Origin: a virus
Taxonomy: Duplodnaviria; Caudoviricetes
Strand: one strand, 5' to 3'
IMG/VR virus record: IMGVR_UViG_3300021476_000008
Span: 1-45,932 of that record
Length of the DNA stretch: 45,932 nucleotides
Shown: positions 37,936 through 45,929 of the stretch, one piece after another
Layout: each line of letters opens with the position of its first letter
Position numbering within the stretch: the stretch's first letter is position 1
Notes under the pieces: generated by a model
What the model was told of the DNA's origin: nothing
Databases searched by the model: none
Seen by the model: only the letters and a program-made list of their open reading frames with translations
Program-made: the position numbers and the translations under genes

Positions 37936-38175
37936 CTAAACAACCAAGGCCGGTTCCGCCTTGGTATTGGCGGCCGTTTCCACGGTGACGGTCGAGCCGT
38001 TGGCCAGGAGCGCGTCATCCGGAAGGATGACTCCGTTCATCAGCAGGTTGATGTTGTCGCCGTAGCCCAACTGCGCGCGCAATTGGGAATCCCGCCTGAT
38101 TTCACCGACCCGGGGCTGGGTGTTGAACGCCCTTTCACCCACATCCAGGCCGTAGCGCACTACTATTTTCCACAT
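37936..38175 (-). CDS. Ubiquitin-like (beta-grasp) protein
   Basis: 79 aa with beta-beta-helix-(LLMNG)-(DALLANGSTVTVE) pattern and tail TAANTKAEPALVV; first gene of the E2/E1/JAB cluster. Confidence 0.8.
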   Translation of the reverse strand: MWKIVVRYGLDVGERAFNTQPRVGEIRRDSQLRAQLGYGDNINLLMNGVILPDDALLANGSTVTVETAANTKAEPALVV

Positions 38176-38272
38176 TACTGTCCTTTCGTTTTAGGCTGCC
38201 CGAGCAGGGCTTTCCCACCGCCCAAGGCGGTGAGGCTCAGTCCGCCCCCGGTTAGCCCGGGGATGGAATGAG

Positions 38273-38716
38273 TCAGAAGCCCAAGCCGCGACCGGGGACG
38301 GGGCGGGAGTCCGCGCCGCCGGTCCTCATGAAGTGCCTGATGCGGCTTATCGCCGCTCTGGCCATGCCCTCACGGTCGGCGCCGCACTCCGCCATTGAGT
38401 AGTCGTCCCTGAACGGCTCCGGCCAGCGCTCAAGACGGAAAAGGCGGACCCCCTGCCTTTCATCTATCCGCAAGAGTTTTCCAGCTTCATAATCCCAGTT
38501 TATATTACCCCATTTGTCGCATAGTTCTTTTGATACTTTATCGAAAGATAATCTCTTATCCCTGTTCATCATGTCGAGGCATACCGCCCAACCGGCAATG
38601 CAGGCGGTGGAGCCGCACCGGCTGTCCGCGCGCGCGCTCACATAATCGCGCATGTCAAGGCGGCCGGGATTGCGCCCCACCTGCTCGATTATTTGTTTTA
38701 ACAATGGCTTGTTCAT
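38273..38716 (-). CDS. Phage protein with CGSTACIAGWA motif
   Basis: 147 aa; LDMRDY...CGSTACIAGWAV...LF. Confidence 0.7.
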   Translation of the reverse strand: MNKPLLKQIIEQVGRNPGRLDMRDYVSARADSRCGSTACIAGWAVCLDMMNRDKRLSFDKVSKELCDKWGNINWDYEAGKLLRIDERQGVRLFRLERWPEPFRDDYSMAECGADREGMARAAISRIRHFMRTGGADSRPVPGRGLGF

Positions 38717-38833
38717 GAGTCCCCCGGCATGGGGCCGCGCCGCCCGCCCGGGGCGCGGCCGGTCCAAAGGAGCGCCCCGCCCCGGATTCGGCCGGCGCGG
38801 GGCGGTCGGCCGTATAACCGGCGATTTAGCCGC

Positions 38834-39037
38834 CTAGGCCGCCCGGGTCTTAACCACCAAGAGCTCGTAAGAAGTTTCCTTCCTGAGCCTTTCGGCGTTA
38901 AGCGCGCCGATCATCAGGACGGCGACCTCCTGCTTGCTCGCGCAAACGGCGGTCCATGGCACAATAAGCTCCTCGCCCTTGCCCTCCAGCTGCTGCGCCT
39001 GGCTAACCAGGCGCGTCACGGCCACTTCGATTAACAT
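38834..39037 (-). CDS. Hypothetical protein, 67 aa
   Basis: GAAAGGACAGTA RBS. Confidence 0.65.
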   Translation of the reverse strand: MLIEVAVTRLVSQAQQLEGKGEELIVPWTAVCASKQEVAVLMIGALNAERLRKETSYELLVVKTRAA

Positions 39038-39139
39038 ATTACTGTCCTTTCTCTTTGCCTCCGGTTCTGGGTGAGCTCGCATGGCAGCCCACGTCCGCTC
39101 CCCAGGAGGTTGTTTGTTGCTTGGTTCGTGTTCGTTACG

Positions 39140-39187
39140 TTTCCGTTCCGGGGACGAACCTTACACCGAACGGAAATTAAAAGTCAA
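39140..39187 (-). promoter_or_regulatory. Sigma70-like promoter upstream of the Ubl cassette with 9-bp inverted repeat
   Basis: TTGACT-18-TAAGGT; TTTCCGTTC (39140-39148) and GAACGGAAA (39168-39176) bracket the -10 box. Confidence 0.55.
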
Positions 39188-39402
39188 GAGAGAATCCCCG
39201 GGGACCTCCCGCGCAAGCCCCGCGACGCCCGCGCTCGCAAAATATAGAAGACCACGCATTCACCATTCACAATTGCGATTTCCTCCACCACCCGGGGCCC
39301 GGCCCGCCGGACGGGCTCGAATTCGGGGATGAGGAGGATCGGGCTTGCGCCGGCCGCGCCGACGATGAGCCCGAGGGAGCCGAGGAATTTACGCCGGTTC
39401 AT
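39184..39402 (-). CDS. Small protein with twin-arginine-like signal
   Basis: MNRRKFLGSLGLIVGAA; RBS motif present. Confidence 0.6.
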   Translation of the reverse strand: MNRRKFLGSLGLIVGAAGASPILLIPEFEPVRRAGPRVVEEIAIVNGECVVFYILRARASRGLRGRSPGILS

Positions 39403-39613
39403 ACCGTCCTTTCTTGAGGTTGAGCGGCGGCCGCCCCGCGGCGTTCGGCCGCTCGTTTACCCCGCGCACGCCGTCGGCCCGCACCTCGGCGTCGCCCATC
39501 CGCCGCGCGCACGCCCCGGGCGCCAATCCCCATTCGGCGTTCCATGCCTTCAAGAAGATGACCCACCAGCGGCCGGGCTTTGGATGGCGTTTTACTTTGA
39601 CTTTTTCTCTCAC
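39389..39613 (-). CDS. Hypothetical basic protein, 74 aa
   Basis: GAAAGGAAC RBS and GTG start. Confidence 0.45.
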   Translation of the reverse strand: MREKVKVKRHPKPGRWWVIFLKAWNAEWGLAPGACARRMGDAEVRADGVRGVNERPNAAGRPPLNLKKGRYEPA

Positions 39614-39792
39614 TTTGTTCCTTTCTCTTCTCTTGCATTTCTCTCCAGGCGGCGCGCCAGTCGGGCGCGAACCCGGTTCCACCGGCAACCGCCAGGCGTT
39701 GCATGCGCGCGTTAGAGGGAAAAACAGGAGGGAGGAGGGGGTTGCCCCGCGCGCCCTCCCGTTTTCCAATCGGCTGGCTGTCCCGCATTACA

Positions 39793-40290
39793 TCAAGCCT
39801 GGACCGTGGTGGTCCGGGCTTCCTGTTCCCTGGCCTTTTCGGCGTCCATGAGCCCTGTGACCTCCTCGGTGGTCATGCCCAACGCCCTGGCAATCTGCGC
39901 GGGGTCGAGCTTCGAACCGCGTTCGGCCACCTCGCGCAGGACGACCGAGATTTGGCGCTGGCCGTTGGCGAGCTTTTTGTTGTCGGCCTTTTGCAAGGTC
40001 CAGTTGCCGTCCAGCTCGTTCAGCTCGGCGCGGATTACCCGCCACATATTGTCCTGTTGTTTCAGGACGGCGGCGTCGAGCCTGGCGCGGTCGCCCCTGC
40101 CCGTGGTGAGCCCGAGGTTGGCGGCCATTTCCTTGCGTTTCTGCATGCGCAGCGAGTAGCCCACGGTTTTGCCCTTGGATTCGATGGCCTTGGGGTTGAA
40201 CACGTTGGCCATTTCCTCGGTGAGGATGCCGCCCGCCGCGAAGAGCGCGAGCTGGGTGTTTTGGTTCGGTTTGACTGCTTCATCAGACAT
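39793..40290 (-). CDS. Hypothetical protein with C-terminal HTH-like motif
   Basis: LDPAQIARALGMTTEEV; RBS motif; strong codon bias. Confidence 0.7.
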   Translation of the reverse strand: MSDEAVKPNQNTQLALFAAGGILTEEMANVFNPKAIESKGKTVGYSLRMQKRKEMAANLGLTTGRGDRARLDAAVLKQQDNMWRVIRAELNELDGNWTLQKADNKKLANGQRQISVVLREVAERGSKLDPAQIARALGMTTEEVTGLMDAEKAREQEARTTTVQA

Positions 40291-40392
40291 AATGCTGTCC
40301 TTTCTTACTGTTTTGGTTTACCGGCAGGCCCGCGTTCATGCGAGAGCCTGTCCAGCCCGCCACCGGGTGATGCCAGTGGCGGGCTGGAATTC

Positions 40393-40578
40393 CTAGTCGC
40401 CGCCTCCCGTCCTTTTATTCTCCGCCTGGCCCTGGCATCGCTCGCAGTAATCCTCATCGGACGGGATGAGCCGGTCGCACGCCTTGCAACGGCGGTATTG
40501 GAGGGAGCAGATGGAGTCGACGAGCTTGTCCCACTGGATTTCGCGAAGCTCCATTTCGGTGAGTTTGCGCGCGGTCAT
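40393..40578 (-). CDS. Zinc-ribbon protein
   Basis: CKAC...YCERC. Confidence 0.6.
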   Translation of the reverse strand: MTARKLTEMELREIQWDKLVDSICSLQYRRCKACDRLIPSDEDYCERCQGQAENKRTGGGD

Positions 40579-40602
40579 CGGGCTATCACCCCCCATTCGC
40601 GG

Positions 40603-40788
40603 TTATCGGCCTTTTGCCGCCGCGCCTGACGCGCTCCGCGGAGAACGCCCCCCGCGCATAAAGCGCGCCGCGCGCGGGATGGCCCGGCCTTCCCCGGCGA
40701 GCCTCTCAACTTCCGCTATTGCTATTTCCCGCAGCCATCGCCCGGGAGCGAATAGCGCCAGTGTTTCCATCAATTCGCGATTAGACAT
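40603..40788 (-). CDS. Hypothetical protein, 61 aa
   Basis: Overlaps the upstream gene by 8 nt. Confidence 0.45.
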   Translation of the reverse strand: MSNRELMETLALFAPGRWLREIAIAEVERLAGEGRAIPRAARFMRGGRSPRSASGAAAKGR

Positions 40789-41023
40789 AGCACCCCGCCT
40801 CCCACGGTTGAATCACCGGCGGTTCGATGCCCTCGGGCACGTGACGGTCAAGCCGCAGCCTCGCCTCCTCGCACCACCTGGTCCAAACCTCGGCAAACGG
40901 CCGCGGCTCGCGCCGGCCAACCTGGAGTTTCTCCGCCTTGGTCAGCGGACCTTTTTTGCCCGGCTCGACGACGGTGACGACTTTGTAACCGTAGCCGGCG
41001 AACAATCCGAATTGTTCCGTCAT
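40781..41023 (-). CDS. Hypothetical protein, 80 aa
   Basis: GAAAGGACAGTA RBS. Confidence 0.6.
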   Translation of the reverse strand: MTEQFGLFAGYGYKVVTVVEPGKKGPLTKAEKLQVGRREPRPFAEVWTRWCEEARLRLDRHVPEGIEPPVIQPWEAGCYV

Positions 41024-41121
41024 ACTCTACTGTCCTTTCATTGACGACCGGGCGCCATGCCCGGTCACCCCGCCAGGAAGTGATGCTTGCCCAAAGCCCC
41101 GGACCGGGGTAGCTGTTCGGG

Positions 41122-41355
41122 GTGGCTTTTCACCCGCCCACATATAAAACCGCCGTTAAGCTCCAACGGTTTATCGAGCAAAAGGCCACGGCGGATACGA
41201 ACGCGAAAGATTTGGGTATTCTCGCACGCGCCCTTTGCGAGCTTGAGACGCTAAAGCGCAAGTTGAAGATGAGGCCCGACCCGCGCCCGGTTGACGTGAC
41301 CAAGCTCCCGCGCGAGCGCAGCCGCCGCGTCACCGCCCCCGACCTGAACCAGTAG
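41122..41355 (+). CDS. Small helical protein, possible terminase small subunit
   Basis: Lone + strand gene (LARALCELETLKRKLKMRPDP) next to a G-rich non-coding stretch; the function is inferred. Confidence 0.45.
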   Translation: MAFHPPTYKTAVKLQRFIEQKATADTNAKDLGILARALCELETLKRKLKMRPDPRPVDVTKLPRERSRRVTAPDLNQ

Positions 41356-42104
41356 AGTGGCGCGCTAGTGGCGCACCCCTTTTTTCCCGCGCGCGACCGA
41401 GACCGCGAAGGAATCTCTTTTTACGGCGCCGACCGTCCCCCGGGGGCGGGAGGGGGAGGGGGGTCGTGATCCGAGCTTCCATGTAACCACCCCCTTCCGC
41501 GATACGAATGATTTTCCCCGCGAGCCGGGTGGCGGGTCGGGTCGGGTGGGGGGGGTGTTTCGGAAATGTGACAGGCGCGGGCGGGCTTGTCGCATTCGCC
41601 TCCGGGGAGAGGGTCGGGCGAGCCGGTTGGTGGGCGGCGGGGTTGGATGGGCGAGACCGGATGGGCGACAGCCTGCTGCTTTTTACCGATACTCAGTGGG
41701 GGGGCGGGGACGTGGGTAATCCACCCTGGGGAAACCGAACGGACGGAGGGCGGCGTGACGGCATGGTGCTTCGTGGGGGTGAGACTCCCCCTTAAATGGG
41801 GGGCGGGGTGGTATTAACCTCCGGGGAGGGGCGCAGGGTTTGTGGGGCCTGTGGCTGCGGCGTAGAAGGCAATGGTTCGGCCTCCGGTCTTCCGGTAAGG
41901 CTGTAAGCCGCAGTCAGGTGGGCGTCAGCGTAAATGCGTCATGTGCTGTCGGTCCCAAAGACGGTCTTTTCACATCGGGGCTTGCGGGACGGAGGATGGT
42001 ATCCGCGCCGGGCGGGTTGTTTTACAAGCACCGATATGGTCGGGGCTGCTGCCCCAGGCTTGCGCCTCGGTGGCTTGCCGGGCAATTGCGCTGGCCCGGC
42101 GCGT

Positions 42105-42350
42105 TCAGGGTTTTGCTTGAACGGGCTGGATTTGGGAACCGGCAGCCTCGGTTTTATGTTTCCCTGGGCGAAGGGCGGGTTTGGCGGGGTATTCGTATTC
42201 GGGCGGCGGCGGGCGCCCTTCGTATTTGCCCGGCCGCCAGCCTTCAAAAATCGGGGTTCCGGGCGCCTTTCGCCGGGCGCGCGGATGATAACGGGGAATC
42301 GGTTGATTTACCCGATCCCGGCGTCTTAATTTGTCCCAATCCCGGTTCAT
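42105..42350 (-). CDS. Hypothetical basic protein, 81 aa
   Basis: MNRDWDKLRRRDR; starts 1 nt after the upstream stop. Confidence 0.4.
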   Translation of the reverse strand: MNRDWDKLRRRDRVNQPIPRYHPRARRKAPGTPIFEGWRPGKYEGRPPPPEYEYPAKPALRPGKHKTEAAGSQIQPVQAKP

Positions 42351-42351
42351 T

Positions 42352-42540
42352 TCAAACTGACGAGAAATTATATCCCGTATCCGCGTCCGGCCCGCTCCTG
42401 TTTGGCTCCCGTCCGGGCGGGCCAATCGCCTTGTCGATTTCCGCCCGGGTCATGCCCCGCTTCTCGGGATGCGAACGCAGGTGGAGTTTGCGGGCCTTTC
42501 CCGCCCGGCGGCGGCGGTCTTTGCGGGAGGGCGCTTTCAT
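42352..42540 (-). CDS. Hypothetical basic protein, 62 aa
   Basis: MKAPSRKDRRRR; tight packing. Confidence 0.35.
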   Translation of the reverse strand: MKAPSRKDRRRRAGKARKLHLRSHPEKRGMTRAEIDKAIGPPGREPNRSGPDADTGYNFSSV

Positions 42541-43037
42541 GGGGTTAATGGGAATGCCGGTTGCCCGGACGGCGACCCGGGTCGCCCCGCCGCTTGCGGC
42601 GGGGGCGCAACCGGCAAAAATGGCGAGCACGACGGGATTTTCACCCGCAACCACACCCCCAACCCGCGGATTTCTACCGCATTGCGTAGGGCTGCCTCTC
42701 GAGGTTGGGCCGCGCGCCAATAAAAAACTCCGGGAGAACGTCCGCCGTATTTCATTGGGCGGCGGCCCTCAGTTGGGCGAAGGGTCTCCATTAGCGCTCC
42801 CCCGGGAAAGATTCCCCGGCTGTTACGAGCAACCGGGGGTTTGACGGCGGGGGGCGACCCGACCGTCGGTTTATTTTCGGCACGGATGTCCGAAAGTGGA
42901 ACGAACATTTCCGTGCCGGCACTCGCACTCGTAATGCACATGGGCGAACTTATCCACCACGGGCGCCGGGTTGGCAAGTCTTTTTTGAAGATAGTTTGAC
43001 TCAGGCTGGTTCAGGCGGGACAACCCTTCTCAAATCA

Positions 43038-43232
43038 CTACCACCCCCCTCCGCGGCCGGCCCGCCAGCGCCGGCGGTAAAGCCGGGCATGCAGCCGGTT
43101 GCGGGCGCGCCACTCGCGCGATTTGCGGGCGTGATAGCCGGGATGGCGCAGGCGGAATTTAGCCTGCGGCGACAGGTCCCGGCGGCGCGTCAGGCGGTCC
43201 CGGACTGGGCGCGCTGGCATGGCGAAAGTCAT
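43038..43232 (-). CDS. Arg-rich small protein
   Basis: FRLRHPGYHARKSREWRARN; the start is uncertain. Confidence 0.45.
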   Translation of the reverse strand: MTFAMPARPVRDRLTRRRDLSPQAKFRLRHPGYHARKSREWRARNRLHARLYRRRWRAGRGGGW

Positions 43233-43407
43233 CCCCGAGGTCCGCGATTACGCGGCTCAGTTTTAAAAGCGCGTCATAAACCCCGTGCCTGTAGGCGTCG
43301 CTCTGGATGTCGTCAATGTCCCGGCGGGTCACGGCGGTAAACGGCCCCTCAACCTGCCCCGGCCCGCGCTCCAGGGTTTTGTTGAACCAATACTCGGCGT
43401 TCAGCAT
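43159..43407 (-). CDS. Hypothetical protein, 82 aa
   Basis: GAAAGG RBS; DIDDIQSDAYRHG. Confidence 0.55.
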   Translation of the reverse strand: MLNAEYWFNKTLERGPGQVEGPFTAVTRRDIDDIQSDAYRHGVYDALLKLSRVIADLGDDFRHASAPSPGPPDAPPGPVAAG

Positions 43408-43601
43408 CGGCTGCCTTTCACTTCGGCGTCCAGGTCCACCCATCGCCACGCGGCTCCCCGGGCGCGCAGGATTTGCCCGACCTCGCGCGCGCTCATCCCC
43501 GCCATCCAATTGAGGCGATCGTCCAGCGCGTTCACGAAACAGCCATTCTCAAATTCGGCCGCCATCCATTCCCCTTTGAGCAGCACCCGCAGTATCTTCA
43601 C
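43401..43601 (-). CDS. Hypothetical protein, 66 aa
   Basis: GTGA coupling. Confidence 0.55.
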   Translation of the reverse strand: MKILRVLLKGEWMAAEFENGCFVNALDDRLNWMAGMSAREVGQILRARGAAWRWVDLDAEVKGSRC

Positions 43602-43858
43602 ACAATGTCCCGCGGCTGATCGGGCGGCTCGGGCCTGGGCGCCATCCAGCCGCAATGCACGCATTGGGGGCTGTCCACAAATTCGTGTTTGCAAACTTGC
43701 TGCGCTTTTTCCAGCAGCTTGGCCAGAATGGCCCGGGCAAACTCGTGATGCGGTTTGTGCTGGAGGCTCCCCTCGGGGTGGTCTTCGAGCACGACGCGCA
43801 CGGCGTCGACCGCGCGCTGTGAGAGGGTAATTTGGACGGGGAAGGCCGGGTCGCTCAT
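43598..43858 (-). CDS. Hypothetical protein with CKH...CVHCG
   Basis: ATGA coupling; 86 aa. Confidence 0.55.
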   Translation of the reverse strand: MSDPAFPVQITLSQRAVDAVRVVLEDHPEGSLQHKPHHEFARAILAKLLEKAQQVCKHEFVDSPQCVHCGWMAPRPEPPDQPRDIV

Positions 43859-44136
43859 ATTTCGGCTTCGGGTTGCCGGTCCCACACCGCCTGCACCTGG
43901 CTCGTGTCGCCGATGATGGAGCCGTCCCGCAACGTCACGAGGTTCGAGGCCCAGGGGATGAGGACGTAGCAGCCGGGATAAATCTCCGGCGGCGCCTTGG
44001 GCCCCACCCCCAGCACCCGGAACTGGCGGCGGTCATCCTGGCGACTCATGTCAAACCAAATGCCGCCGCGCGACTGCTCCGCCGGCGTCAAACGCCAGAG
44101 ATGCAAACGGTTTCCCAGGAGACGGATTTTGGTCAT
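43855..44136 (-). CDS. GroES-like co-chaperonin
   Basis: KIRLLGNRL, SRGGIWF, RVLGVGP, PGCYVL, QVQAV. Confidence 0.75.
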   Translation of the reverse strand: MTKIRLLGNRLHLWRLTPAEQSRGGIWFDMSRQDDRRQFRVLGVGPKAPPEIYPGCYVLIPWASNLVTLRDGSIIGDTSQVQAVWDRQPEAEI

Positions 44137-44246
44137 TGGTAGTGGCGCGCCGGCCTCATTTTGAGCGTTTCCATCAGGTTGTCCTCCCGCGCGCGGCAAA
44201 CCTTTTCCGTGCCGCGATCATCGCCGATGTTTAATGCTTCGTCCAT
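44133..44246 (-). CDS. Hypothetical 37-aa protein
   Basis: Hand-translated; ATGA-coupled to the GroES-like gene. Confidence 0.35.
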   Translation of the reverse strand: MDEALNIGDDRGTEKVCRAREDNLMETLKMRPARHYQ

Positions 44247-44259
44247 AGGTTTTGGTGTT

Positions 44260-44418
44260 TTACCGTTCGCCGTTCAGCCCCATTTCAATAATCAGGTTCA
44301 CGAACCTGTTGAAGGAAGTGGTTTTCCTATACGGCCGCTTCCGCAGGGCCTTGCGCAAGCGTTTCAGCACATCGGGATAGAGTCGGACGCGTGTCATTTT
44401 GTCGTGTTTTTGGCTCAC
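44260..44418 (-). CDS. Arc-like ribbon-helix-helix regulator
   Basis: Hand-translated MSQKHDKMTRVRLYPDVLKRLRKALRK...SFNRFVNLIIEMGL; first gene at a divergent promoter (alternative ATG at 44397). Confidence 0.65.
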   Translation of the reverse strand: MSQKHDKMTRVRLYPDVLKRLRKALRKRPYRKTTSFNRFVNLIIEMGLNGER

Positions 44419-44496
44419 CGCCGCTAAAAGTGGCGCACTCTCATATTTTCGGCAAGAAAAAGTTGCGGAAAACTGTGGCGCTCTTTAGGGTGCGGC
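44419..44496. promoter_or_regulatory. Divergent promoters, probably giving near-leaderless mRNAs
   Basis: + strand TTGCGG-17-TAGGGT, 5 nt before ATG 44497; - strand TTGCCG-17-CACTTT. Confidence 0.5.
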
Positions 44497-45198
44497 ATGC
44501 CTCTGAAAAACCGGCTCACGGGGCTGCCCAACGGATTCCAATACCGGCAGCCCGAAACCAACTGGGTGCCCGACCGCTACAGTTCGTTCGCCTCCGTCGT
44601 GGCGCAGCTCATCCACCATCGGCTGGGTAATCCCCACCTCATGGAGAAAAACGGCTACAGCGTTGATCGGGCGACGGTCGAGATGGAGGTGGACAATTTC
44701 AACACCGCGTTTTGCCGGGCCATGGGTGGCGACTGGCTGGCTTACGTGGAGGGAGGCCCGGCCCCGCCAATCCCTTTTCACAACCCGCCCCCGCCCCCGA
44801 ACCTCAGCCCGTTCCCCGGTGGGGTTGCTGCGGTAAAAAAGCTGGCTAGCGGGATGGCGGTGCTGTTCGACTGGGAGGAGGGCGGGGAACCGCCGGTGGC
44901 TCCGGAATTGTCGGCCAAACGCGCGGCGGTGTGCGCGCCCTGCCCCAAAAACAGTCCCGGCGCCCTGTCCCAATACCTCACCGGCCCGTTATCGGATGGA
45001 TTTCGCAAGCGGCTGGAGCGCCTGCACCAAATGAATCTCAACACCCCCAGCGACGCCCAGCTCTTCGCCTGCGAGGCCTGCCTCTGCCCGATGCGCTTGA
45101 AGGTTCACGCGCCGCTCTCCTTAATCGAAGCCCGGCTGAAGCCGGAGGTGCGCGCCGAACTGGACCCGCGTTGCTGGATTCTTTCCCGCGACCAGTGA
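44497..45198 (+). CDS. Hypothetical protein with C-terminal Cys cluster
   Basis: RAAVCAPCPKN...CEACLCPMRLKVH...CW. Confidence 0.75.
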   Translation: MPLKNRLTGLPNGFQYRQPETNWVPDRYSSFASVVAQLIHHRLGNPHLMEKNGYSVDRATVEMEVDNFNTAFCRAMGGDWLAYVEGGPAPPIPFHNPPPPPNLSPFPGGVAAVKKLASGMAVLFDWEEGGEPPVAPELSAKRAAVCAPCPKNSPGALSQYLTGPLSDGFRKRLERLHQMNLNTPSDAQLFACEACLCPMRLKVHAPLSLIEARLKPEVRAELDPRCWILSRDQ

Positions 45199-45929
45199 AA
45201 TTCGCGCTCGTCTACATCTGCGTCTCGCTCGGCCGACGCTCGATGGAATACGCGCAGCGCTTTGCGACCACTTACCGCCGGTTTCCGGCGGATTGGGAGC
45301 ACGAGTTAGTGGTGGTGTTCAATGGCGGGCCGGCCCGGCGGGAATTGAGGAACGTTTTTGAGCCGGTGCCCCACGGCCACCACGAGCGGCCCAATACCGG
45401 TTGGGATATTGGCGCTTACCAGGATGTGGCTTCCCGGATTGACCCTGATTTGATGCTCTGTTTCGGTGAGGCCACCTACTTCCACCGGCGCGGCTGGCTC
45501 GCGCGCTACGCGCAGGCGTTCAAAATCCACGGTCCGGGGATGTATGGCGCTTATTCCAGCTACCTGGTGTCACCGCATTTGAACACCACGTCCTTCGCCT
45601 GCTCGCCCGCCCTCATCCGGCAATACCCGGTGAGGTGCAAGGACCGCCGCGACCGTTATGAATTTGAACACGGCAGCGCCTCGCTCTGGCGTCGGGTGGC
45701 AACCCAGGGATTCGCCGCCAAATTGGTGACCTGGGATGGGGAACGGGACATGCCGGAGTGGCGCACCCCACCTAACATCCTGTGGCGCGGCGACCAGAGC
45801 AATTGTCTCACGTGGTGCCAGCACACCGACCGCTATAACGAGGTGAATCAGGAGACCAGGGAGAGGTGGGCGGACGGCGCGGATGGCAAAGCCGTCATTC
45901 AGAACCCGAGATTTACCGTGCTGGCATGA
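45195..45929 (+). CDS. Glycosyltransferase-like protein (GT-A / RgpF-like)
   Basis: LVVVFNGG, RPNTGWDIGAYQ, HLNTTSF, YEFEHG; GTGA coupling. Confidence 0.6.
   Translation: MKFALVYICVSLGRRSMEYAQRFATTYRRFPADWEHELVVVFNGGPARRELRNVFEPVPHGHHERPNTGWDIGAYQDVASRIDPDLMLCFGEATYFHRRGWLARYAQAFKIHGPGMYGAYSSYLVSPHLNTTSFACSPALIRQYPVRCKDRRDRYEFEHGSASLWRRVATQGFAAKLVTWDGERDMPEWRTPPNILWRGDQSNCLTWCQHTDRYNEVNQETRERWADGADGKAVIQNPRFTVLA

Noticed and set aside
41840-42977. 334-aa + strand ORF and 146-aa - strand ORF
   Set aside because: Arg/Gly/Pro-rich translations of GC-rich sequence with no motifs; part looks like a structured leader.
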